A DNA stretch of 64,000 nt from Octopus sinensis (taxonomy: Eukaryota): the NCBI RefSeq assembly GCF_006345805.1, contig NC_043006.1, positions 87,854,001-87,918,000 on the forward strand, given 5' to 3'. A program made the position numbers and the translations under genes. Positions 53,000 through 64,000 of the stretch are shown in pieces; within the stretch, counting starts at the first letter, position 1; each line of letters starts with the position of its first letter. The notes beneath the pieces were generated by a model. It saw only the letters and a list, made by a program, of their open reading frames with translations, made no database searches and had not been told where the DNA came from.

Positions 53000-53900
53000 T
53001 TGTGGTACCAGTGCCTGTGGGCACACAAGAAATCCATCAGTGCCGTATAGTCAGTGCGGTGGGCACATGACAAACAACCATCCGATCGTGGCCGTCGCCA
53101 GCCTCATCTAGCACCTGGTCGGTGGCACATAAAAACACCATCCGAAGACCGGCAAGACTAGTCAGGCCATAACCCATGGCCCCTCCTGGGACGTAGTCAG
53201 TCACCTGTGCATACTTCCTTCTTGTACACTTGTGAAGACCTGTTGAGGCAAGTGAAAATCAAATCAAAACAAATCAAAATAGATGAACATCAATGGAATT
53301 TGTATCTTTGTGGTACCAGTGCCGGTGGCACGTGGCACATAAGAAAACCATCCGAACGTGGCCGTAGCCAGTACCGCATCGACTGGCCTCCGTGCTGTGG
53401 GCACGTAACAAGCACATCCCGATCGTGGCCGTTTGCCAGCCTCATCTGGCACCTGTTGTCGGTGGCACATAAAAACACCATCCGAGCATGGCCGTCTGCC
53501 AGCCTCGTCTGGCACCTGTGTCGGTGTGGCACATAAAAACACCATCCGAGCGTGGCCGTCTGCCAGCCTCGTCTGGCACCTGTGTCGGTGGCACATAAAA
53601 AACACCATCCGAGCGTGGCCGTCTGCCAGCCTCGTCTGGCACCTGTGTCGGTGGCACATAAAAAACACCATCCGAGCGTGGCCGTTTGTCAGCCTCGTCT
53701 GGCACCTGTGTCGGTGGCACATAAAATCACCCACTACACTCTCGGAGTGGTTGGCGTTAGGAAGGGCATCCAGCTGTAGAAACCACTGCCAGATCTGACT
53801 GGACTGGTGCAGCTTTCTGGCTCCCCAGACCCCAGTTGAACCGTCCAACCCATGCTAGCATGGAAAGCGGACGTTAAATGATGATGATGATGATGATGAT
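53000..53900 (+). mobile_element. Family C repeat with expanded internal ~63-bp tandem array
   Basis: ggtggcacataaaaa(a)caccatccgagcgtggccgtctgccagcctcgtctggcacctgtgtc occurs in 4 full and several partial copies at 53400-53730; (GAT)n tail. Confidence 0.9.
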
Positions 53901-53910
53901 GATATATATA

Positions 53911-53941
<31 letters not shown>

Positions 53942-54177
53942 CATATATTATATAATATTTATATAATATATAAATATATATATATATATATATTATAATT
54001 ATATATACCATATATATATTATATATATTATATATATAATATATATATTTATATATTATATATATATATTATTATATATTATAATATATATAATATATAA
54101 TATATATATATATATTATATATATATATATATACACAACAATATATATGTATATAATAACAAATATATGTATAGATA

Positions 54178-54570
54178 CAGGTGCAGGCATGGCTGTTTGG
54201 ATAGGTACAGGTGTGGCTTGCTGCCCAACCACTTGGTTCTAGGTTCAGATCCACTGTGTTGTGCCTTGGGCAAGTCTCTTCTACTATACCCTCGGACCAA
54301 GGAAAACCTTGTGAGTTGATATGGTAGAAAGAAAATGAAAGAAGCCTGTCGTATGTATGTTTATATCTATGTGTGTGCATCCTTGTGTCTGTCTTTGTCC
54401 CTCCTAGCATCACCACATATGTTTATGCCCCCATAACTTAGTGATTCAACAAAAAAGACTGATAGTACTAGGCTCAAGAAATAAGCCCTGGGATTGATTT
54501 GTTCAACTACAACCCTTCAAGACAGTGCTCTAGCATAGCTGCAGTCAAATGACTGAAACAAATACAAGGA
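54178..54570 (+). mobile_element. Diverged tRNA-SINE family A
   Basis: Head gcaggcatggctgtttgg...ggttcagatccac; tail gcagtcaaatgactgaaac. Confidence 0.8.
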
Positions 54571-55149
54571 TCTTTAGTGAGACACAACTTTATACTTAAG
54601 AAACTATTATTATTACCTCAATTAAGACTGAGGAGTTCCTGAAGTAGATCCAACAGAAATATACCCCAACTGCGGATGACACCAGGTAGCCCACACTGTG
54701 CCAATACTCTACTCTACATTTCAACATACTAATCAACACATACTCATTAGTGCAAAATATTATATATATATGGTGCAGCCTCCTGGCTTCCCAGACCCCG
54801 GTCAAACCGTCCAACCCGTGCTAGCACGGAAAATGGACGTTAAACGATGATGATGATGATGATGATGATGATATATATGTATATTTACATATATATGCAC
54901 ATATATATAAATATATATATGCATTTTTATGTAAATATATATATGCATATATATGTAAATATTCATATGAATATATATATATAAGTAATGTTCGTAGCCA
55001 CTTCAATATGGCTGTCCATTCAAATGAATGTTACTGCAATTTTTTAACCTCAAGAGGACATTTCCTCTAGCTGGTTAACGATACACAGCTGCATCCAAGG
55101 TATTGCGAGTAGGGGAGCAATCCCCTACCACCTTCTAGCGACAGGCACG

Positions 55150-56044
55150 AAATGCATGAAGGCACGAAACGCAGAGTAGATGAAACAGGGACAACTGAAG
55201 AAGAGGAATATTCTTTATGTTGCATGTCTCATTTCTCTGTTTGTTTATTGTTGTTTGAAAGAAAAGTTTGTTTCTATGTTCTTGTTTTTGTTTTCATTTC
55301 TCATTGTGTTCGATATCCTGTACCCATATGTTCATGTATATATACATATATATGTAGGTATGTACATATATGTATGCATATATGATTATATTTATATATT
55401 ATTCATATTATTATATGATTGAATGCCATGCATCCTTTCTTAATAATTACGATGTGCACTCTTCTATTTCTACTATCCCTTCTCTGTCTATCTCTCTCCC
55501 TCTCTTGTTCTTCATCCTTTCTGGCTTTCTCCCCCACCCTTCCCTATTCTTCTCCTCTCCTCTTCACCGTTCCCTCTCTCTCATCGCTGACACGTGACGA
55601 AAGAGAATCTATCTTTCTGCCCACTACCTTCCTAAAGATCACGTGCTTATACAGTCTCCTCTCATAAGCTCATCTTCATAGCATTCATAATAATTTTTAT
55701 ATCGCCTTCGCTTAACAGCTGTCACCGTTTGTTTTTACTGTTTTGTTCTCATTGTCCTGTTCTTGTTACCACTTTCACTCTCTGCAGAAAAACACAAATT
55801 TTATTTAATTTCCTTTGCGTGAAGGACTGTTTCAACATATCACATATTGTCCTTGCCTTCAAAACGCAGAGTATATGAAACAGGGAAAACTGAAGAAGGG
55901 GAATATTCTTAATGTTGCATGTCTCATTCCTCTGTTTGTTTGTTTTTGTTGTTCGAAAAATAAAGTTCGTTTCTATGTTTTTGGTTTTGTTTTTGTTTCT
56001 CATTGTGTTCAAGGTTTTTTTTGATGTGCTGTACCCATATATGC

Positions 56045-56075
<31 letters not shown>

Positions 56076-56200
56076 ATATTATATATATATATATATATAT
56101 ACATATATATGTAGGTATGTACATATATGTATGCATATATACATATACTTATATATTATTTATGTTATTTCGTTTTGGGATTTGGTTTGAAAGATTCTTT
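55150..56200 (+). repeat. Two diverged direct copies of an unclassified repeat end (55150-55400 and 55860-56170)
   Basis: Shared aaacgcagagta..gaaacaggga.aactgaagaag.ggaatattc...gttgcatgtctcatt... Confidence 0.7.
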
Positions 56201-56900
56201 ATATGATTTTGTGTGTTGAAGCATATTCTGTTGTGTCTGGGGAGAGTCATTCTCTTTTAGTGCCTTATTATTTAACACACTCACCGGTAAAATTTCCACT
56301 TATTTCGTCTTTTTATTTCCTAAAATTTTCGTTGCGTCTTGCAACCTTTTCAATAGTCTTGACTCTGTCCGTTATTTACACTGCGTTCCCTTTTGTTTGT
56401 TTGTGCGCATGTGTGTGTGTGCCTATACATGCATACAAGTACGTATGTATGTGTGTTTGCATGTGTATGTATGTGTGTGCATCTGTATGTACGTATCCTG
56501 CATATTTATGTGCTTGCCTGTCCGTGTTTGTATATGTATACACCTCTGTCTCCTTGTGTGTGTTAAGTAACTATGTACTATGTTTGTATGTATGGATGTG
56601 CATCTTTATTTGAGTGGATCCGTGTCTCCATATGTGTCTGTTCTTGTAACCTACGTACCTATCCGTCTGTATGTTGATCTGTTTATTTATATATCTAAAT
56701 GCTTACATACAGAAATAAAAAATATGAAATAAAAAAATATATGAAAAAAAGAGAAAATATAGCAGAAAAAAAAATAATGATGATGATAAAAAAAGGGGCA
56801 TACATAAACACACCTACATACATACATACATTTATCTACCTAACAGTCCACTAACTATTCTACTCTACCTGTGTAAACTGTGGGTATGGAGGTATGGTAT

Positions 56901-57580
56901 TTATTGTGTATATTTCCTATTTAATATTGGGAAAGTTTCATTTATAAGGACGTACTCCCGTATTTGTCTGAGTGTTGGGTCTTTTGGGTGCTTGGATAAG
57001 ATGCAGATGTCAGGTTGACCCAAGTTACCTCCATGTTTGTCTTTTGCATGTTGGTAGAGTATGGAGGACTGTTTTCTGTCATCATATTGTCTTAGATGTT
57101 CATTTATCCGTTCCGCAATGCTCCCAGACGTCTCCCCTATGTACATCACGTTCATGTCCTTACAAGAACCTTCTATGCATCTTATGCTGTAAACTACATT
57201 TCGAGTTCTACAGTTAATGCCAGGGCTAATTCTACATACCATGCAGTTATCATTGGTGCATATGGTATTCTTAAACGGGTACGTCCTACAAAGTTGTGAT
57301 CTGATGGAGTTCCCTGGCTTTTCAACAATTTTAATGTTGAGTTTGGTCTCCTTCAGAGCTTTTCTAAATCTACGGGCTAGTTCTCCATGGGCTGTGGCCT
57401 CTACAAACATCACTCCTTGATATTTGTTGGTTTTATACCACGTGTTCGCCCTGTTTGCTTTGTCACAAGCTCTTTGTATTCTATTCCATTCTTTGTTTCT
57501 ATATCTAGGGCAGGTACCACTGGTATCATTACATATAATGTTATCTAATTTCTTTCTAGCCCCCCTGTATACACGAACCC

Positions 57581-57590
<10 letters not shown>
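56901..57590 (-). mobile_element. 5'-truncated Penelope-like element (Neptune-like linker Zn-finger + GIY-YIG), frame open
   Basis: Uninterrupted ~230 codons: PRYRNKEWNR...WYK..VMFVEAT...CTNDNCMVC...CRTRNVVYSIRC...YIGETS.SIAERINEH...LRQIRE.VLI...LNRK. Confidence 0.9.
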
Positions 57591-57622
<32 letters not shown>

Positions 57623-59502
57623 GCATATATATACACATACAAGCAGTCTCTTTTGTTTCCAGTCTTCCACAAAAACTTGTTGGGCCATGGAGAATATTAC
57701 TTCTTTTAGAAATTGGTGAAGGTTAGCAATATAAAGACATCCAACTACAGGACATCTACCTCAATATATCTTATCTGAACCATGCAGACATGGAATAGTG
57801 AACATTAAAATAATGATGATAAAGACTTTGTTATTTCATTTCAATTTTAGCTATTAATTTTGCAAGAGTCTTTGGTGTAGCAGCATAGAAATCTTGATTT
57901 CAAATCCAGCTTATTGCAGTTATCTTACATTTTTTGGTCAGATAGTTTATAAATTTAATTTCACTTAGCTGCAAGGAACAGCCATCCTATTATCTGAGAA
58001 TGATACTTGTGATAAACTTGTGTCCTATTTTGCAAAAAAAAAAAAATGTATTTCTCATAAGCTCAATTCCATGAAAATGAAGCTCAATGCTGGCCTTTAA
58101 AAGTTCTTTGAAGTTTAGGAAGCATTTACTTCAGTCAGTTTTACTTTTGTAAATTAGATTTTGAAATTATTTCTCAACAAAGAAATAATATGGCATGCTC
58201 TATCATAGGCTATCACAGTAGATATGGTACATTAGAGTAATGGTAATCAACACTATTAGTTTAATGCATGCATTATTGATTTTTGGGGAAAATTACAAAA
58301 GTCATCACTAACTTAAATTAGTCAAATTTGCACAGCAAAAAAAAAAAAAAATTAAAACAACCCCTCAATTTTCTAACATCCACTTAAAATGCTAATTCAC
58401 CCATTAGTGAGTGTCACTAGTCATATAAAACTATTGAATTAGAGATGGAAACCCATACATGTGTGTGTTTGTGTGTGTGCATACAAAAATGTCTATATAC
58501 ATGTATGCACACACATACAAAATATGTGCATATACATGTACGTACATGAATTGGCTACGTGAAAAAATATTTTAAAATCAAAAGGAATGGACATTAGATG
58601 AAAAGTACAAAGTGGTGAAAAAGGAAAGAGAGAAATGGTAAGAGAGTGAAAGATATAAAGATACAAACACACACACACACAAACACACATATATATATAT
58701 ACAGACAGAGGGAGAGAGAGAGAAAGGAACAGAGAGGTGGGTATAAGAAAAGAGTAAACATCTTATTTCGATGCAACCACAAGATGCTTTCTGCAAGTAA
58801 TTAAGTTTAAAGCATGTTAGGAACATTTGTGAAACCAAGAGTGGCACTTAAAAACTATAACCAGCCAGTCTTTTTTCATAACTAGGACATTTGATATTTT
58901 TTTTTTCTGAAGATGCTCAAGTGTAAATTTGAGCACTTTACTGTTTTTTCCAGAAAACTGGGCAACCACATAGAGGCTTCTTCATTCAACTAAAGTTATG
59001 CTTGTTGTTGCTGAGAATGGTGTCCATCTTCATTATAATAAAGGTTTGCATCAGTTATTATTTAGAATTATTACTTCCACCTACTATGATTTGAAGATCA
59101 CATTTCTTTCATATGTTCCATATCACCAACCACCATATAAAATGTACTGGATTCATTTTGTCATAGCAAAAGCACTAGAGAGGTTATCTTTTCCTTGATT
59201 ATAGAACCTTTTCTATTGCACATTGTCTAAAATAAATTTGTTTATCAGTACCAGAGGCATTGTCTCATCCCTGACAAGACTAAAGTTTTGTTTCCCCTGC
59301 AGAGAAACTTGTTATTTAGGGAGACATCAAAATGTAGGCATTTGAGCAAATGAATCCCTTTGCAGTCTGTGCACTTACACTGACTGCCATCCTGGATAAA
59401 TCAGCAATAAAATGCCAAAGGTGAGATTCTATTCTCTGTATGTAAACAAATTAACCTGGAGAATATTGTTAAATAAAGGGCAGATGGCTCAAGAATACAT
59501 AC

Positions 59503-59560
59503 ATCTGTTGGTAGATTGTTCAGTAGGCAACAATATTCACTTTCAGTCAACAATGAAGAA
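59503..59560 (-). CDS. Candidate internal exon (58 nt) of an unidentified gene: (S)SSLLTESEYCCLLNNLPTD
   Basis: Acceptor tgttttcttttgcccag, donor GAT|gtatgt; only one open frame, and its phase matches the upstream candidate. Confidence 0.3.
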
Positions 59561-60163
59561 CTGGGCAAAAGAAAACATTTATACAACCAGAATTCTTTTT
59601 TTACCTCATTAACTGAAAACTCAAATGTAACTAAATTTAAACTATGAAATATATTAGAAAGGGCAATGCTTTTTCTTGTTGTCTAGACACAAATCAGGCC
59701 TGATGCATAAAACTTATGATCAAAAGCATTTTGACCATGACTACAACATTTTCTTTATGCTGGCATTGTGTATCCAGTTATATATTATCCAGTGTGCCAT
59801 TGCCTGTTTTTTACTGTGAGATAGTATTATGGCTGAATTATAATTTCAACTTCTTTAACTATCTGTAAACAACTTAGTGCTTTAACTACTCAGACACTGC
59901 ATTGTTATTTCAGCCATTTTAATTTTCCTTTTTTATCTTTCTTTTTTTTTGTCATTTTAAAAAAGAAATTAGATTTTAAATTTTCAGACAAAATCTATTA
60001 AAAAAAAAAATAATCTAGAAACATATGAAACTTGTCTGTATTGAAATTGTCTCTGATTATAGTGAACAGGAGGAATAAATTGATAGTTGCCTTGTTTAAC
60101 ATTTCAAATACTGATTCTTCACAACTTAGAATGTTGTCTGCTAACATTCCAGTACTTAATTAC

Positions 60164-60258
60164 CTTGTAATCATAATACCAACCAAAATTGATAATTTTT
60201 CTAATCTTACAGCACCAACAACACCAGCATTATGTATATTGTGCAGTAAAGAAATGAC
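60164..60258 (-). CDS. Candidate internal exon (95 nt): VISLLHNIHNAGVVGAVRLEKLSILVGIMIT(S)
   Basis: Branch-point TACTAAC immediately upstream of acceptor atcatttatag; donor AAG|gtaatt (alternative GCT|gtaaga at 60211). Confidence 0.35.
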
Positions 60259-60614
60259 CTATAAATGATGTTAGTATCTTGCACCTTTAAGCTACATGTG
60301 GCTTCCAGAGCCAATATGACAGCCTATAACCTCTTATAAGAACAATGTAAATCTATATTTTAAATTCAGAAATACAGAGTAAAAGCATACATGTATGCAC
60401 ACATATACTCACACATGCACACACAAACATATGCATGTACACGTGTATGGGATACTATTTTGAATAAGATCAACATATATTTCCTAGAAAACTTTACATC
60501 CATGAAACAATTTACTATTAACAAATCCTGCAGACAATGTCACATTTTCTGTCTTCTTGTGTATGTGTGTGTTTGTGTACGTGTGTGCCTACATATATAT
60601 ATATATATATATAT

Positions 60615-61345
60615 GTAAAGGTTATTTGCCAACCTAATGTGGTAGTCCCAATTGGGATGAATGCTGGCTATACAACACAAAATCTGTGTCCTTATACTTT
60701 CAAAGAGAGGAGTTTAGCACCCCCATCCAGCACAAAGCAGTATCTGTGGACTGCATGGTTTCCGGATTATTTCCCTTCCTTGGCACAGAATAACTGTTTG
60801 GCAGAGATGGCACTGCTAAATCTTCATTTGAAAATATATATAATTTTCTAAGTGACATACAGTTACTGATCTAATAAACAGAAACATTGTTGTTCCTAAA
60901 TCTCTCAATGAGAGATATTCAGTAGCAGTACTTTAAAGTAAAGGTTATTTGCTTACCTAATATGGCAGTCCCAGTTGGGATGAATGCTACTGCTGTTTAT
61001 CTCCAGGGGACATCATCTCCAGCTGGCTATATTTTCAAACAAAGATTTAGCAACATCACCTCAGCCAAACATTTATTCTGTGCTGATGAAGAGAAATAAC
61101 CCTGAAATCATGCAGTCCCTACTTTGTGCTGGGTGGGGGTGCTAAATTCCCCTGTTTGAAAATATAATGACACAGATTGTGTGTCATATAACCAGCTGGA
61201 AACGATGTCTCCTAGAGCTAAACAACAGTAGCATTCATCCCAGCTGGGACTGCTACATTAGGTGGGCAAATAACCATTACTTTAAAGTATTGCTACTGAA
61301 AATCTCTCACCAAGAGATTTAGGAACAATAATGTTCCAATTTATA
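60615..61345. mobile_element. Composite fold-back of the 39431-39957 family (two minus partial copies and one plus copy)
   Basis: 60878-61030 is inverted relative to 61150-61340; 60760-60870 is the reverse complement of 39605-39730-like sequence. Confidence 0.75.
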
Positions 61346-61695
61346 TATATTATATGTATACATTTATAAAAGACATAAATCCGAAAGGAGAAGCACACTC
61401 TAAGATGTAGAGCAGTATATATTAAAAATGAGGAAGGCTGGTTTATGGGATTACCTTAGGTTTCCTGTCCATAAAGTGTTTAGCTTTATGGCATATTGTC
61501 AGATTGCAAAAACCTGTAGGCCCATGACCTCTTGAAAATATTTAGCCATAAAGCTAAACCCTTTAGGAACAGGAAACCTAAGATAATCCCATAAACTGGC
61601 CTTCCTCATTATACACACACACACACACACCACACACACACACACCACACACACACATATATATATATATGTGTGTGTGTGTGTGTCTAAAAATA

Positions 61696-61929
61696 CGGAG
61701 TTGCCCCAAAGTTACCTGACAGTAAATCAAAAACCATTTAATTCCAAGATTTATTTATGCTTAACGACTAAATGAATTTAATAAAAGCAACTGAATATGA
61801 AACATCATGAAAATTGTTCAAACTGAAGTCCTTCTTGAGTGAAACATTTTTCTATTCGAGTCAATACAGAATTACAGATTGTATTTATGGAATTTTGATT
61901 TACTGTTAGGTGACTTTTGGTCAATCCTG
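61696..61929. mobile_element. Tc1/mariner-type MITE
   Basis: TA flanks; imperfect ~38-bp TIRs cggagttgccccaaagttacctgacagtaaatcaaaa / caggattgaccaaaagtcacctaacagtaaatcaaaa. Confidence 0.75.
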
Positions 61930-61948
61930 TATATATGTTTATATATTT

Positions 61949-61981
<33 letters not shown>

Positions 61982-63040
61982 CACACATATGCACACATGT
62001 ATATGCAAATATATATGTGCATGTGTATTTATATATGTGTGCATGTGTATATATATATATATATGCATGTATGAAATTTATGCACATATGTATGTATTAG
62101 GTCATAGAAAATTTATGCAAAATTTTAATATTCTATCTACTTTTTCATTTCAATATTTTTTTTTATTTCCCTTGGCAGATGATGAGGCTTGCCATTTAGC
62201 TAATCACTTTTTAATACAATTACTATTATCTACTGCAGAATGAAACTTTTTATTACTTTTTCTACAAACTGTGCCATCTCTGAGAAGAATCAAAGATTAT
62301 ATGAAATATAATTAAAAATGAATATCTCAATAAAGTAATTTCCATACTCTTCAGAAGTAGTTCCACAGAAACAAAAATATAAACGTGTGTATATTTACTG
62401 TTTTCAGTTGAACATTATTATTTTCACCTCAATTTTCTCTGTTTAAGTTTGTAGGCAATTTCTGCAAGTTTAAATATTAACCCAAATGGCATATTTGAAT
62501 ATGCATCTGAATGTAATAGAATGCAGCCATGGAATGTTAAACCATCACACATCACCAACGATGTAGACTAAATCATTAGTCATAAGATATTTGTGACCTG
62601 TAAGACACAAGACACAATTTCATTTTCTTGGCAGAACCTGTTGCATAGTGTACCACCAATGATCTTAGTTTTTGCCATTTTATCTGCAAAGTCCAACATC
62701 TTATTTAGTCACTCATGTTTACCTTCAACTGAAAACATTATTCCACATGTTTACCAAGAACAGATCAGCCATTCACACCATATATCCTTAACTACATAAT
62801 CTTCATGTTCTTTTTCTAGGAAATGTATTTCCTAACCAGATACACTCATATTTCTTCATGTTCATTCAGATTAACATTAAACATTCATCCCTAATTTCTG
62901 CATAAGAAGTGTGAGTCACATGGTATTGAAACACAGGTACTGAATTTCACATTCAATACACATGTCGTGTTCACTAACATTTAATCATGAATTGCTTACA
63001 GAGGAAACTGCTTCTTGAGCTTTCTCCAACACTTGCTTAC

Positions 63041-63181
63041 ATTTTCAGTCCTGAACAGCAGTATCTCCACTCCACTATTGATTGACTTTAGAAACAAATG
63101 TTCCATTGTGATATCTGCACCAGCTAACATCTTTGGTACCAATACACCTGAGACTGCCTCTGGTTCTATGCTACACACTTC
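63041..63181 (-). CDS. Candidate internal exon (141 nt, phase 0-0): EVCSIEPEAVSGVLVPKMLAGADITMEHLFLKSINSGVEILLFRTEN
   Basis: Acceptor atttttaaag, donor AAT|gtaagc, open 47 codons, more GC-rich than its flanks, non-repetitive; protein not recognised. Confidence 0.5.
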
Positions 63182-64000
63182 CTTTAAAAATTCATGTTTT
63201 AAGTGGTCTAAATGGAATTTCCCATAAAATTTTCATGCTAATTTATGTTCCAAACACCCGCTTAATTGGGACAAATTTATTTTACTAAATTCTTTGTTCT
63301 TTCAAAAATTTATTAAATCAAGGCAATGTATTTCAGCAGAAATATGGCAACAAAAGACTTAATCATACAGTACAATGTATTAAATAAACATTTTGGATTT
63401 AAGCTCAAATTCCATGATGTATAAATTTGTTAGAATAGAGTTACTGAGAAGTAGAGCCATCAAAATATAGTGCTGATAGAAATACAAAACTCATCTAAAT
63501 CTATAAAATAATCGAAAAATATTTTAAACATGTCAAATGTAAATATTGCCTAAAGAGGTGCATGTTAGAAGAAAATTCTTTAGAAAGTCTTATGGTATTG
63601 TCACATGAACTAGCTAATACACATTTTTACTGGTGGTAGCAGTAGTATCACTAGTACATTGATAAACTGATACTCTTCCCCAGATCAGTTGTTTGAGAAG
63701 TGACTCAGTTTATATAGTTCTGTTATAGAGAAATGTTGAGATTTGAGTGTGGTTTTCAAAGTGAATTTCTTATTTGGCTTAGGGACAAATATTTGTAGGA
63801 AAAGAATGATTGCTAATTGAATTAATCCCATGTAATAATGATATCCTTCTTTATTGACTGAATCTGGAAAGAAGAAATGCAAAGAGAGATTTGGCTGAAT
63901 ATGACCTCAAAACGTACAGAAAGATGTAACTAAATAATATAAGCCATTTTGTTTGCTACTCCACTGCTCTTTTGTGATTTAATATTATACATTTACGTAT

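Noticed and set aside
55190-55230. CTGAAGA motif in the duplicated 55-56 kb repeat
   Set aside because: The required GAAA is missing in both copies.

Overview
AT-rich (microsatellite- and transposon-dense) animal genomic DNA. The repeat families (tRNA-headed SINEs with (TA/TG)n cores, Meta-domain SINEs, an RTE-tailed repeat, and TAA-embedded elements) match my recollection of Octopus (coleoid cephalopod) repeats; the organism assignment is an inference. No complete host gene, rRNA, functional tRNA or CRISPR array is visible. Nearly all ORF-track entries are microsatellite artefacts or transposon debris. Recognisable coding remnants are two hAT transposases, a Tc1/mariner DD37D (maT-type) element, R4/Dong-like REL retrotransposons, RTE and CR1/L2 3' ends, and at least five Penelope-like elements (PLEs; RT and GIY-YIG). 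Non-coding mobile elements include Helitrons and piggyBac- and Tc1-type MITEs. A frame-consistent chain of three candidate minus-strand exons (63041-63181, 60164-60258, 59503-59560) suggests that part of the window may be intronic to an unidentified gene. The most interesting signals are: (i) degenerate minimal hammerhead ribozymes (HHRs) in three different PLE terminal-repeat families, one of them directly downstream of a tRNA-like Pol III cassette; (ii) many long fold-back inverted repeats, one with its apex at the predicted HHR cleavage site; (iii) an unexplained GC/CpG-rich 1.4 kb insert with a 42-bp palindromic tandem array inside a Helitron-like element. Identities and some boundaries were estimated by eye and are approximate.
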